A stretch of DNA of 64,000 bases. Source: Mytilus californianus. Taxonomy: Eukaryota. Location: positions 14,012,001 to 14,076,000 of the forward strand of contig NW_026262723.1 of assembly GCF_021869535.1 (NCBI RefSeq), given 5' to 3'. Below are positions 1 through 12,085 of this stretch, in pieces. Below the pieces are notes generated by a model. The model saw nothing but the letters and a program-made list of their open reading frames with translations, searched no databases and had not been told where the DNA came from. Both the position numbers and the translations under genes were made by a program. How positions within the stretch are numbered: the first letter of the stretch is position 1; each line of letters opens with the position of its first letter.

Positions 1-109
1 TTAGTGCCAACTGCATTATACCTAGACCGATGTTACAAAAGACAACACTTTTGATAGGAAATGGTATCGATCAAAAATAAGGAAACCTATATGCACTTTT
101 GAAAGGGTA

Positions 110-905
110 TGATACAGATCAATATCAATGTGACCTCTTGCACTTTTCATATGATATAGTATAGATCAATACAAGGGCAACCTATGGGCACATTTGAAAT
201 GATATGGTACAGATCAATATTAGGATGGCCTACAGGCACCGCAGATGATTATGGTACAGATCAACAACAGGGTGAACTACATGCACCTCATATAATTATA
301 GTACAAATCAATAGCAAGGTGACCTACAGAAAACTCAGATAATTATAATACTGATCAATAGCAGGGTGACCTACAGGCACCGCAGATGATTATGATACAG
401 ATCAATAGCAGGGTGGCCTACAGGCACCGCAGATGATTATGATACAGATCAATAGCAGGGTGACCTACAGGCACCGCAGATTATAATGGTACAGATCAAT
501 AGAAGGGTGACCTACAGGCACCGCAGATTATAATGGTACATATCAATAGCAGGGTGACCTACAGGCACCGCAGATTATAATGGTACATATCAATAGCAGG
601 GTGACCTACAGGCACCGCAGATTATAATGGTACAGATCAATAGAAGGGTGACCTACAGGCACCGCAGATTATAATGGTACATATCAATAGCAGAGTGACC
701 TACAGGCACCGCAGATTATAATGGTACAGATCAATAGCAGGGTGACCTACAGTCACCGCAGATAATTATGTTACAGATCAATAACAGGGTGACCTACAGG
801 CACCGCAGATAATCATGGTACAGATCTATAACAGGGCTACCTACATGCACCTCAGAATTATGGTACATATCAATAGCAAGGTGACCTACAGGCCCTTCAG
901 AAATG
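110..905. repeat. 47-bp minisatellite (consensus ~GCAGGGTGACCTACAGGCACCGCAGATTATAATGGTACAGATCAATA), roughly 16-17 copies, degenerate at both edges
   Basis: GCAGGGTG recurs at 361 and 408 and onward with a 47-bp period; head-to-tail units with no unique spacers. Confidence 0.93.
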
Positions 906-1407
906 GTACAGAACGATAATCAGTAAACTGTCATTTGACGAGCAGAAAGACATCTACATTTTATGCAATGAAGAAAGTTTTATAGTATTTAGTGTCAACT
1001 GCATTATACCTGGACCGATGTTACAAAAGTAAACATGTTCCACATTTATGAAGATGTTGGTACTGTGATGCTGTTATCTGGTTGCTTCATCAATGTGCCT
1101 GGAAGTAACTCCGGTGGTACATGTTAACCCGACATGTTTACCATTATACAGCTCAGAACAGAACAGTTGTTTGAATCGGGCTATACAAGAGCCTTGATAT
1201 AATGTAATTATACAAATGCAAATGTAGTTAAAAACATATTGATGTAAAATTATAGAAAATTAGATTGGCAGAAAAACAAAACCTAATTATAATTATTAAT
1301 TAAAAATATAAAATATCTGACACCTAACCATACTAGTCATGACACGAACAGTTCAATCTTCCGACCGTGGGAGAGCTGTATAGCCAGTCAAGGTCGTTTA
1401 AAACTTC

Positions 1408-1432
1408 CATCATCATCATCATCATCATCATC
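1408..1432. repeat. (CAT)n microsatellite
   Basis: About eight consecutive CAT units. Confidence 0.95.
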
Positions 1433-2099
1433 AGTTCAATCAAAACCTTCGTGGACCTCCTATGACACCCATTAGTAGTTAGATATTTAACAAATTAATG
1501 TATGATTTGCATGTACGTGTCGCTAAGACCCCTGCCATGTACGCAAAAGAAAAATAGCAAAAGTCCGGGGAAAATTCTAAACGGAAGGCCCTAAGCAGAT
1601 GTCAAAATCAAAAGTTCGAACACATCAAACGAACAAAAAACAACTATCATATTCCTGTCAGACTTGATACAGGCATTTCTTATATAGAAAACGCTGGATT
1701 AAACCTGGTTCTATAGCTAGCTAAACCTCTCACGTGTATGACAGTCGCATAAAATTGTATTATATTGAAAACGATGTATGAACAAAACAAACAGACAAAA
1801 TAGTTACAAATGTCACAAATAGGAGTACAGCAGTCAACATTGTGTTATAACCTTAATCAAATTTCAAACATAATTTATATGTCAACAAAGAAAAACAAAA
1901 AGGCATATTGACAAAGCACATAAGCAAAAACGGAAGACAAGAATACAAAAAGTTACCATAGCACAATAACACAATGACGGGATGTATAAGTACTGAGTCA
2001 CGTCAAATGGATATTACCAAAAATAGATTAAAATGCAAAAGTACTAATTTACAAAGACAAATAAAAGAATACTATTACACGTTATTATATATAAGATGA

Positions 2100-2390
2100 T
2101 AAACAACGCCAGTACCTAGAATCTATATTTCAAAACCATCGTGTATTATTTGTGAAGTTGATACGGAATATTTATTAACAATGTCTTGGTATCTTCCGAT
2201 GAACATTTTTAGAAAAAGGACGAGACGTTCTTTGACATACCCCCAGTGCGTTCATCAACTTTCTGCTCACACTCTGGTGACTTTTAACAAAGTCTGAGTA
2301 GCATCTGTGTAATTTGCTCCATGGGATGTTTTCAAAATTGCAACGAAAGAAACTTCTTGTCATGAATAATTATCTACCTGAAACATGTGA
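2100..2390 (-). pseudogene. Decayed C-terminal RT fragment of a Penelope-like retroelement
   Basis: Minus strand reads YSDFVKSHQSVSRKLMN, then after a frameshift GYVKERLVLFLKMFIGRYQDIVNKYSVSTSQIIHDG. This matches the C-terminal pattern of invertebrate Penelope-like ORFs; a similar motif is seen at ~62900 on +. Confidence 0.6.
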
Positions 2391-3803
2391 AAGAATAATG
2401 ACGCCACCAATGACTTTCACACCTGAAAACATACGTGTCCCCCTTTTCAATGAAACTACTACGGGTTAGAAAAAGATCTGTAATGTGGAGTAAAACGGTC
2501 AGAAGTTACATCGAATTCAATTTAAAAGTCCTTTTACACGACGCCACTCTTTGACATCATGGATTACCCTAAAAAAAGGGGAAAAACACTGCAACTTTCA
2601 AGGAAGGAAAAAGAAACTAAAAAAAACCTTTGAACTCAGTTCACCTGTTGATTTAGTTAACTTAAAAATATGCCCCTGTAGATTTTTTCTGGATTCCAAA
2701 TTCGGTTGCTGTACAGTAAACAAATACCTATTTTCCCGAAATAAATAAGTACACACATTTGATTTTGTTGATTTTTTTTAACAGTCCACGAGCTTGATTT
2801 CGATTTGTCTTGAGGTAAATTTTATGACCATCTTATGACTATCATATGATATGTCATAGAATGTAAATCATAGCTGTCAGAAGATAGTCATACCTATGAT
2901 GCTTTAATGATAGTCAAAAGTGAAAATATGTTACTATGAAAATTATAACTAATACTATTCTTATCTTATACGAATATTTCATATTTTTTCCAGTATAATG
3001 AACGCGATGAACATAAAAATTATATATGAATAGGAGTTAAAATCTGAGTTGATAATTTGTTTAAATTTAATGGTTAGAACTTCGTGTTCATGTATTATTA
3101 TAATGAAGTGTTATCTAATTAGGAATGCTTTTAATATTTGGTATACATAGAATGCCTGTGCAAATACGTCAATGAACTACTATACAAAGAAAAAATATCA
3201 TAAATATTTATTAAAAATAATCATTACAAAGAAAAGGATTCCAAATTGTACGTCGCAGGACATTCAAATTTTAAATGACGAAGTGAAGAAGAAATAATTT
3301 TTTACTATTTAGTAGATTAAGCGACAGAATAAACAGTGCCAAAAAGAGAGCAAGAGAGGCTGCATGCAGAAACGGATGTTAAAAGAGAGGTCAGGGCCTC
3401 GCCCCCTATGAAGCTACACATATAGTTTATGTATAGACTTTTAGCATATATCATTCCAAACGATGCCTAGCTTGGGCCCCCTTTTTTCACAATCCTAGAT
3501 CTCATTCTGCATGTTGCATGAGCAAATAAGAAAATGTGTGATGTCGTAACATTTATGACAATCATAAGACAATCATAAGTAATGTCCCGAGGTGTCTTAA
3601 GTGTACGATCAAAGTTATGAATATCATGACTTGAGACGCCTACAAATACATATCTTATGACATGTCCTTAAACCATTGTAAGACATGTCTTAATCATAAG
3701 ATACTTTTGAAAACCATGCTTCATGGCTTGTTTTTCAATTTCCTCCGTGTCCCTCATATAAATAATTGCAAATTCATGATACCCTACGTGAACAGATCTA
3801 CAA

Positions 3804-6038
3804 CTGTCCAACGATTTGCAGAAAAGAGCGACGATTTACAGAAAAGAACAGAAAAGGACCAAAAAGAACAGAAAAGAACCGAAAAGGAACCAAAAAGAGC
3901 ATACATATATTTATTTCATATTTATATACACACGAAATTTTGATATTGTTAACAATTCCTCGTAATAAATGAACGCATAACTGTAACTTAGATTGTACAT
4001 TTTATAGGGATATGTGGACACACAAAAAAAAGACAGTATTATAACTTGGTTTTCAGTAAAAAAAAAATTTATATATGTACAAGTAATCATTTGCACACTG
4101 TACAATATAAATCACTCCTGTTATACACCATAAAACAAAATGTGCCTTTTTGATGAACACATCAAAGACTTTTATTCGCATAGTATCGAAATACAATAAG
4201 CATTTTAATAAAATAGTGTTGTTGTTTTTAAATAAAACTAGCAATTAGTCTTTGAATTTTAAAAAAAATGAAGGAATTAACAACCTGTGACCAAGAGACT
4301 GTATTATTCATGTAAGTCCCAGATGCGACTAATTGTCATTAAATAAATAAACTGTAAACTTGATTTTTGACTATTAAATAAACTGTAAACTTGATTTTTG
4401 ACTATTGAAAAGTATTATAGATTTGAAGAAAATGTTTGCGGAAATAGATCAGCCATATACGACCAACAAATATGTTAAGATAACTTAATTGGAAATCAAC
4501 TCCTTAATATTAATTGTCCTTAAATATTGATTTTTCTCCCTTTCTGCGTTTTTCGTTTTATTTTAAAACTATAAAAGTGTGGACACAGATCAGTGTGGAT
4601 AGTATATTTGGATGTTTGACAGTGTTTTCTGACAAAAATAGTTCTCTGTTTTTCCCATAGGGTTCAATGTTAAACCATGGAAGTATAATATTGACATATA
4701 ATACTTCCATGGTTAAACTGTGTTGTACAGTGATAGCCAACCTGTACCAAACACTAAAAATTAGCTGTGTCGTTTATTTAATATTTAGTTTTAATGTTCA
4801 AGACGCTCATGGAGGAGACACTAATTGCATGGATTACCAATAAAATATGTTCCACAACTTTGATTTTGGATATTGCAGCAAAACTCATAATTAGGAGAGG
4901 AACACATTAGGTCATTTCTGCATGATGTGATTTTAATATACGAGATGGTATCTGACAACCTACATGCATGTACTATGTGTATGGTTCTATTTATTTTCCT
5001 TTGTGGTGGTCATTTCTTACTTGGGTTTGACCACAAAAACTGTAAATTAGTTATGGATCTTCCCAGTATCATTAGTAAAAGATTTCGTTTAAATGTCGAA
5101 ATTGTTTCTTAGAAGACTTCTAATGGTTTTTTGATATCCAATGGTTTTAAGTAATGACAATACTTGGCATGACGCTTAAAGCTAGATGAGCTAGAAAGTA
5201 CACTTCTGTGTTATTTTAGTTCTTTCTTCGAAAATGTCTTCTCCAAGGCCTGGTCGAAGTTAAAAAATTAAAATTGGACCAGTATGATAAATTATCATTT
5301 ATATTTTTTATCAAGGATTTTAATCTTATTTTTAAAATATTTGTTCATATGCATATTATATTTTTTAAATAGCAATAACTTGTGCATGGAGATTATTAAC
5401 AAATAAAAAATCCTGTGCGCAATTTAATGTAATTATATGTATATATATGTAAATAGTTCGTCTATATATTTATAAGTTAAATGAGAAAGGGTGCCAGAGA
5501 GATAGTAAGACGCATGAAGTAGAAAGAGAAATTAAACAAGAGATCTAAGGATAATGAAAAAAGTGAGGAAATGCACATGGAGATAGAAAATTGATTAAGT
5601 CTATACAGATTGGAGAGGCAAAATATCTACCAGATTGGGAAAGGGAAGAGAAAGCGGATGAAAGATGCAGTCGATATTGTTAAATACTGAAATAGATATA
5701 ACATATAAATTAATGTATGAGCTTTTTCAAAACTCATTTGAATAGCCCCTATTTGTAATTTGTAGTATATAAGATAGGCATCCGACCCTACCTTTAATAA
5801 TAAGAGGGTAATTTTTCAATTGTAAGTTAGTCCTGTCGCAATATAAGGTTTCAAAACCTAATAAGAAAGTTTTTTTGGAAACTATCTTTTCATTTATAGA
5901 CTTTAATGATTTTGCGATTTGCTAGTCTCCTTCGATTGCAAAAAAAATAGATTTCCTTTTCGGTTCTTTTCTATTCTTTTCGGTCCTTTTCTGTTCTTTT
6001 CTGTAAATCGTCGCTCTTTTCTGTAAGTCATCGGACCC
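3804..6038. mobile_element. Non-autonomous DNA transposon, Mutator (MULE)-like, 2235 bp
   Basis: ~86-bp imperfect TIRs (3804-3889 vs reverse complement of ~5952-6038; core CAGAAAAGAGCGACGATTTACAGAAAAGAACAGAAAAGGACC). Identical 9-bp flanks GATCTACAA at 3795-3803 and 6039-6047. No transposase ORF inside. Confidence 0.8.
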
Positions 6039-6219
6039 GATCTACAACATTTTAAAAGTTGCAATTGGTGCTATGTAAATGTGACCTACAGTCACCTATC
6101 ATTTTGTCTGCTACGACTGTAAATGGTATTTAAATATTTCCAATAAACAGTAATTTTCAACGTATTACAAAGAGGATAATAAAAAAAAACATAGCACTTT
6201 TTTATTTTACCGCACATAT

Positions 6220-7678
6220 TGTAATGCCGGCCTTCCCCTCTTTTTATAGTAAATCTATGTCTGTATAGTTTCTGGAAATTATTGAGGATAAATAATAGAT
6301 GTTAGTGAGATGTCTAATGTTGCAAGTAATGTCAGACTTATAATTTGTTATTTTGGCTGTTGTTTCAATGATACGACAGATTTGTGTATGTTAGTTTGTT
6401 AAGAAGTTTTATTTCACGTACTGATTCAATATTTTCGCGGTAGTTACCTTATTAGAATATAAACTCAAATAAAACTCTTCTAATGATCTACTTATGTATT
6501 TAAAGTCAAAACCCATCTTTATTGATGAAGATCACTCCATGTTTACAAATAATATCAACATTACGGGAATTTCCCTTGTGTGATCCATGGTTGCCGATTG
6601 GTAAACAATATGTAACAAGCTCTGCCATTGGTCAGTCGGAAGTATAAAAGCAAAAGCAACAACAGAACCGACGGATTGTTGGGTTGGCAAAGTTGGAAAG
6701 TATCAAATTTGAATAGAAGCTAAAATGTGTCTGATAATCACAACCAACCGTTGACAAAGTTAACTTTGTTTTTATTGAAGGTTGTGGGTGCCGGTGCTAA
6801 ATCGGGTTGCCGGTGACGGTGCTAAATACGGTTGCCGGTGACGGTGCTAATTATAATGTAGTTATATAGACGGTGCAAATTAAGGTTGTCGGTGACGGTG
6901 CTAAGGTTGTGGGTGACGGTGCTAAATCAGGTTGCCGGTGACGGTGCTAAAGTTGTGGGTTACGGTGATAAGGTTGTGGGTGGTGGTGTTAATTGATATT
7001 GCCATTGACAGTGATTAAGTTTGTTAGCGATAGGAATTGTTTTATGAATGACGAGACTAAATAATATCGCCGATGAGGTTGCTAATGTTGTTAGTGATAG
7101 TAATAAATAAAGTTGTGGAGGACGGTGCTAAGGTGGTTTATGACAGTCCTAAGTAAGGTTGTTAGTGACGGGGGTAAAATTGTTGCTTTCTATATTTAAT
7201 ATTTGTTTTAGATGTTTTATGATGATAAGTCGATGTTGAAAACTGTGAAATGGTGATAATATCCTTAGATTGGGATTATCGAAAGAGTCCAAATAAGGGA
7301 CCACCGGGTTACTTAACTGTTGAATTATATATTATTAGCTGGTTATTATCAAAAGTTTGTTTGTATACTGTCAGACCAACCATTACCGGGGACCCGAACA
7401 GACCAGTGACAGAGCCTGCCAGACCCATTCTCTCCGTCGTGGATTATTTTTGATATTAATAAAATATGAAACTTTATCTTATTCAGATATTTTATTTAAC
7501 AACTGAGAATATATATATATAACTACAAATATACGATTTCCCTTTCTGTAACGTGTTTTGGTCCGACGGTAAACAGTTGACGTCGAACCTTATACTTTAT
7601 AGAACCTTTTACTCTCTTTTTCTTTGTGACCCTGTGTTCTCTGGTGGCCGACTCTAGCACCAGGGAGGCAGCGTTTCA
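6220..7678 (+). repeat. 5' LTR (1459 bp)
   Basis: Starts TGTAATGCCGGCC, ends GGCAGCGTTTCA; direct repeat of 10607-12085. Confidence 0.95.
6597..6650 (+). promoter_or_regulatory. Candidate LTR Pol II promoter (two inverted CCAAT boxes and TATAAAAG)
   Basis: ATTGG at 6597 and 6627, TATAAAAG at 6643-6650, all conserved in the 3' LTR; AATAAA at 7458-7463. Motif match only. Confidence 0.4.
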
Positions 7679-7681
7679 ATT

Positions 7682-7699
7682 TGGTGGCAGTGGTGGGAT
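7682..7699 (+). promoter_or_regulatory. Primer-binding site complementary to the tRNA-Leu 3' end
   Basis: TGGTGGCAGTGGTGGGAT, 3 nt after the LTR end; reverse complement of ...ATCCCACCACTGCCA-CCA, the 3' end of eukaryotic tRNA-Leu(UAG/AAG). Confidence 0.85.
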
Positions 7700-7770
7700 T
7701 TAATACTAGAGTCGTGTTGAAAGTTGGAATTGATACAGCTTGTTTATATCAGGCTGTTATTTTGTAAAAT

Positions 7771-8877
7771 ATGGACGATTCGGATGTTATTTCGTTCAAG
7801 CCCCATCTAGACAATAGGGAAGACGATGAAGAAACGCTACATGAAAATAATTTTGAAAGTTCCCCTGTTAGAATTTCTAGAAGTGAAGGAGCAACGGAGA
7901 GAATGGTGGCAGAGACTAGACTGGAAATGAGAAGGTTTTTCGACCAATGTATGTCAGATTTCACTAAAAGAATGCAAGAAATGTTATCAAATTTTGAAAC
8001 GAGACTTGTCTCTACAATCTCATGTAAACCTTCCGAAAATAGTAGTAGGGACGTAGTAAGTTCCCTAACACTTTCTAGAGAAAGGGATGATATAAGTAAT
8101 AACAGTAATTTAGTTGATAGCGATAGGTCAAATGGCAAATATGAATTGAGTTGTAAAATAAAACCCCACGTTTATGACGGTAATGATGATTTAGAAGAGT
8201 ATTTAACTCAATTTAATTTGTTAGCAGAATTGCACAATTGGAACTCAAAAACAAAAGCTTTGTTATTGGCTAGTAGTTTGTCTGGCGGAGCACGGGCAAT
8301 TCTTAATGAAATCACGGAAGTCAATCGTCACGATTTTGACAGTTTGGTCACGTCTCTTAAGAATCGGTTTGGTTCAGTCAATAGAGCTGAAGTGTTTAGA
8401 GCAGAGTTGCAAACACGAGTACGATTTAAAAACGAAAGTCTGCCTGAATTAGCTCAGGCTATTAAGAAACTGACACGCAGGGCTTATCCTGGTACCTCTC
8501 CATTGGTTAGGGACACATTAGCTCTAGATTATTTTATTGATGCAATACCCGAGACAGAAGTACGTCTCCGATTGAGGGGGGTTGGACCAAAATCAATTAA
8601 CGAGGCCGAGAATATTGCCGTTAGACTTGAGGCCTTACGAGTTGCTGATAGACAGAAAGGTCGTAACGTTCGTACGGCCGATACTGAAACCGTTCAAGAT
8701 CATAGTCTGAAACGGGAAATTAATGAAATTAAACAAGGCATTAAATCTTTGACAAGTGAAGTAGTTAATATCAAAAATCAAAATGGTCAGCGATTAAGAG
8801 GAGAAAATAATTATAGAAGAAATCAGAATAATTTCAATAGAAATTTTAACAATAAAAGAGGGGCATTCCGTAGTTAG
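7771..8877 (+). CDS. gag: Gag protein (368 aa) of the LTR retrotransposon
   Basis: Uninterrupted ORF just after the PBS. Capsid-domain pattern KPHVYDG...EEYLTQF...NW...LASSLSGGA...LKNRFG...RFKNESLPELAQAIKKLTRRAYP...DYFIDAI is typical of Gypsy Gag. Confidence 0.9.
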   Translation: MDDSDVISFKPHLDNREDDEETLHENNFESSPVRISRSEGATERMVAETRLEMRRFFDQCMSDFTKRMQEMLSNFETRLVSTISCKPSENSSRDVVSSLTLSRERDDISNNSNLVDSDRSNGKYELSCKIKPHVYDGNDDLEEYLTQFNLLAELHNWNSKTKALLLASSLSGGARAILNEITEVNRHDFDSLVTSLKNRFGSVNRAEVFRAELQTRVRFKNESLPELAQAIKKLTRRAYPGTSPLVRDTLALDYFIDAIPETEVRLRLRGVGPKSINEAENIAVRLEALRVADRQKGRNVRTADTETVQDHSLKREINEIKQGIKSLTSEVVNIKNQNGQRLRGENNYRRNQNNFNRNFNNKRGAFRS

Positions 8878-9393
8878 GAAAAGTGACAAATGTCCATGAT
8901 GTCGGGAGCGAGTATGAATTCTCGACACTATAAAAAAAAAACAACTATCATTTATTTTGATATTATGTCGTGCCAGCAAAACGGTTGTTTTGTTTTGGCT
9001 ACTATATATTTGTATATCATATGTAATTAAAAGTTCCTACACTCGTTTTAGTTGGGGCTAGTGTTTATTTTGAAGACAAATTTGTTTTGGACAATTATTA
9101 TACCGAAACAGATCTTATATGTATAAATGTCATGTTGATTTCCTTTCACTAAGGATGGTTTAATAATTAAAGATGAGGTTATTCCTTGTCTCATAATCAG
9201 AGGTAATGCCTCTTGCTGTAAAATATCTGTAGCAGAGATTGTAGAAGTTCCACTCTGGATATAAATTATTAATAAAGGCAAGGCCTGCAGTGGCGCTAAA
9301 TACTATTTTGTTGCAATTTGTTTAAAACTTATGAACACTTTTGGTGAATATACTGATCTGTATTGGTCACTTCTGGTTTAGAAATTAAAATAA

Positions 9394-9522
9394 AATATAG
9401 AAGGTCAACTGATAATATGGTTAGAAACTCTGGTTATAGGTAGTGCAATTGTTCAGCACACTAGCAGGATGGTAATAGATATTTACGCTCTTAGTCGGAG
9501 GCCCTATCAAGAGAATTGTTCT
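9394..9522 (+). pseudogene. pol: Decayed pol remnant (end of RNase H domain)
   Basis: In-frame NIEGQLIIWLETL...YALSRRPYQENC matches the Gypsy RNase H end (N-x-EGQLARWLE-x-L...ADALSRRP). Flanked by stops; no RT or integrase core detectable. Confidence 0.7.
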
Positions 9523-10592
9523 TAAAACTCGTAAATAGAGTAAAATATAAAAAAATGATAATAGAAGAGTATATGATGTAGAGTTGAGCTAGATGATGAA
9601 AGCTCAATAAATGACAAGAATGTCTCAGTTTAATACTGAAATGTAGATATTTTGGCCTGGCCAGTCAAAATATATACCTTGAAGGTATGATTCTTGAGAG
9701 TTGATCAGTAAGAATATAGTAGATATTGATCAGTAAGTAACGAGAGGTACACAACGAGGCACCTTCCGAAAAAGGCTGCGTGTACATGAAATATTCCCCA
9801 GATCGGATAGTAACTGAATGTTGTTGATTGCTCAAAAGAGATAGACACATGTTTGACCAAATTTCTGGTCAGTGTTTATGGAGCAAAGCCATGACAGAAC
9901 GGATTTGCTAGAGAAACGTTTCACAATGTTTGCAAGCCCGGATATGAGTATAAAAGTGGGAATAATTCTAAGCAATGTCAAATAATGTTGTCAAAACTGG
10001 AAGAATAAATAATAAAGAGTAATAAGTTGATAGAAAGAGAAAATTGCTCAATAGAGATAAACACGAGAGTGACCAGACCATTGGTCGATGTTTATGGAGT
10101 AAAGCTTAGTAAAAGCGGGGTTGCTTAAGAAATATTTCACAATATTTGCAAGCCAGGATATGAATATATTGAGTGAAATAGTATATGTAATACACAATAG
10201 GACGAAGAAAAAAAAAAAAAAACTAAGAGCAGAAAATAAAAAATAATAATTATTTAAGAATAGAAAGGAACGACAAATTTGCTCAATAGAGATAGACACA
10301 TGAGTGACCTAACTACTGGTCAGTGTTTATGGAGCAAAGTATGATAAAACGAGTTTGCTAGAGAAGCATTTCAAAATGTTTGCAAGCCTGAATATCAGAA
10401 TGAAAGGAAAAACCTGAAACCAGAGTTGACAAAAATCATAGTACAAAAGTTCTGTAAGTGTAGGTGGTTAACATGAATGAACTTATTCGTGTATTTCTTT
10501 TTGTATGTTCGTCAGCTTAAAAAAAAATAATAATGCATTGGTTCTAGTTGAATTAAACCTTACAGACGAATGTATTTGGGGACCAAATCCTT

Positions 10593-10606
10593 AAAGGTGG
10601 GGGCAA
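10593..10606 (+). promoter_or_regulatory. Polypurine tract
   Basis: AAAGGTGGGGGCAA immediately before the 3' LTR TG. Confidence 0.8.
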
Positions 10607-12085
10607 TGTAATGCCGGCCTTCCCCTCTTTTTATAGTAAATCTATGTCTGCATAGTTTCTGGAAATTATTGAGGATAAATGATAGATGTTAGTGAGATGT
10701 CTAATGTTGCAAGTAATGTCAGACTTATAATTTGTTATTTTGGCTGTTGTTTCAATGATACGACAGATTTGTGTATGTTAGTTTGTTAAGAAGTTTTATT
10801 TCACGTACTGATTCCATATTTTCGCGGTAGTTACCTTATTAGAATATAAACTCAAATAAAACTCTTCTAATGATCTACTAATGTATTTAAAGTCAAAACC
10901 CATCTTTATTGATGAAGATCACTCCATGTTTACAAATAATATCAACATTACGGGAATTTCCCTTGTGTGATCCATGGTTGCCGATTGGTAAACAATATGT
11001 AACAAGCTCTGCCATTGGTCAGTCGGAAGTATAAAAGCAAAAGCAACAACAGAACCGACGGATTGTTGGGTTGGCAAAGTTGGAAAGTATCAAATTTGAA
11101 TAGAAGCTAAAATGTGTCTGATAATCACAACCAACCGTTGAAAGTTAACTTTGTTTTTATTGAAGGTTGTGGGTGCCGGTGCTAAATCGGGTTGCCGGTG
11201 ACGGTGCTAAATACGGTTGCCGGTGACGGTGCTAATTATAATGTAGTTATATAGACGGTGCAAATTAAGGTTGTCGGTGACGGTGCTAAGGTTGTGGGTG
11301 ACGGTGCTAAATCAGGTTGCCGGTGACGGTGCTAAATCAGGTTGCCGGTGACGGTGCTAAAGTTGTGGGTTACGGTACTAAGGTTGTGGGTGGTGGTGTT
11401 AATTAATATTGCCATTGACAGTGATTAAGTTTGTTAGCGATAGGAATTGTTTTATGAATGACGAGACTAAATAATATTGCCGGTGAGGTTGCTAATGTTG
11501 TTAGTGATAGTAATAAATAAAGTTGTGGAGGACGGTGCTAAGGTGGTTTATGACAGTCCTAAGTAAGGTTGTTAGTGACGGGGGTAAAATTGTTGCTTTC
11601 TATATTTAATATTTGTTTTAGATGTTTTATGATGATAAGTCGATGTTGAAAACTGTGAAATGGTGATAATATCCTTAAATTGGGATTATTGAAAGAGTCC
11701 AAATAAGGGACCACCGGGTTACTTAACTGTTGAATTATATATTATTAGCTGGTTACAAAAGTTTGTTTGTATACTGTAAGACCAACCATTACCGGGCACC
11801 CGAACAGACCAGTGACAGAGCCTGCCAGACCCATTCTCTCCGTCGTGGATTATTTTTGATATTAATAAAATATGAAACTTTATTTTATTCAGATATTTTA
11901 TTTAACAACTGAGAATATATATATATAACTACAAATATACGATTTCCCTTTCTGTAACGTGTTTTTGGTCCGACGGTAAACAGTGGACGTCGAACCTTAC
12001 ACTTTATAGAACCTTTTACTCTCTTTTTCTTTGTGACCCTGTGTTCTCTGGTGGCCGACTCTAGCACCAGGGAGGCAGCGTTTCA
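10607..12085 (+). repeat. 3' LTR (1479 bp)
   Basis: Copy of 6220-7678; by eye about 16 substitutions and 4 indels (+25, -4, -2, +1 bp). Confidence 0.95.

Larger units (their letters stand above)
6220..12085 (+). mobile_element. Ty3/Gypsy-type LTR retrotransposon, non-autonomous (gag open, pol decayed)
   Basis: Two TG...CA LTRs, 4-bp TSD ATAT (6216-6219 and 12086-12089), PBS after the 5' LTR, PPT before the 3' LTR, gag ORF and RNase H remnant inside. Confidence 0.95.

Noticed and set aside
3662-3972. Lys/Glu/Arg-rich ORFs of 68-93 aa
   Set aside because: They arise from the purine-rich subrepeats of the Mutator-like TIR.
6780-7000. Pro/Ala/Thr-rich antisense peptide (LAPSPAT repeats) encoded in the LTR
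   Set aside because: Unit lengths vary between 21 and 25 bp, so the frame breaks repeatedly.
7749-8138. 129-aa antisense ORF over gag, and the many short antisense or alternate-frame ORFs inside the Polinton genes
   Set aside because: Expected shadows of long coding sequences; no motifs or independent start signals.
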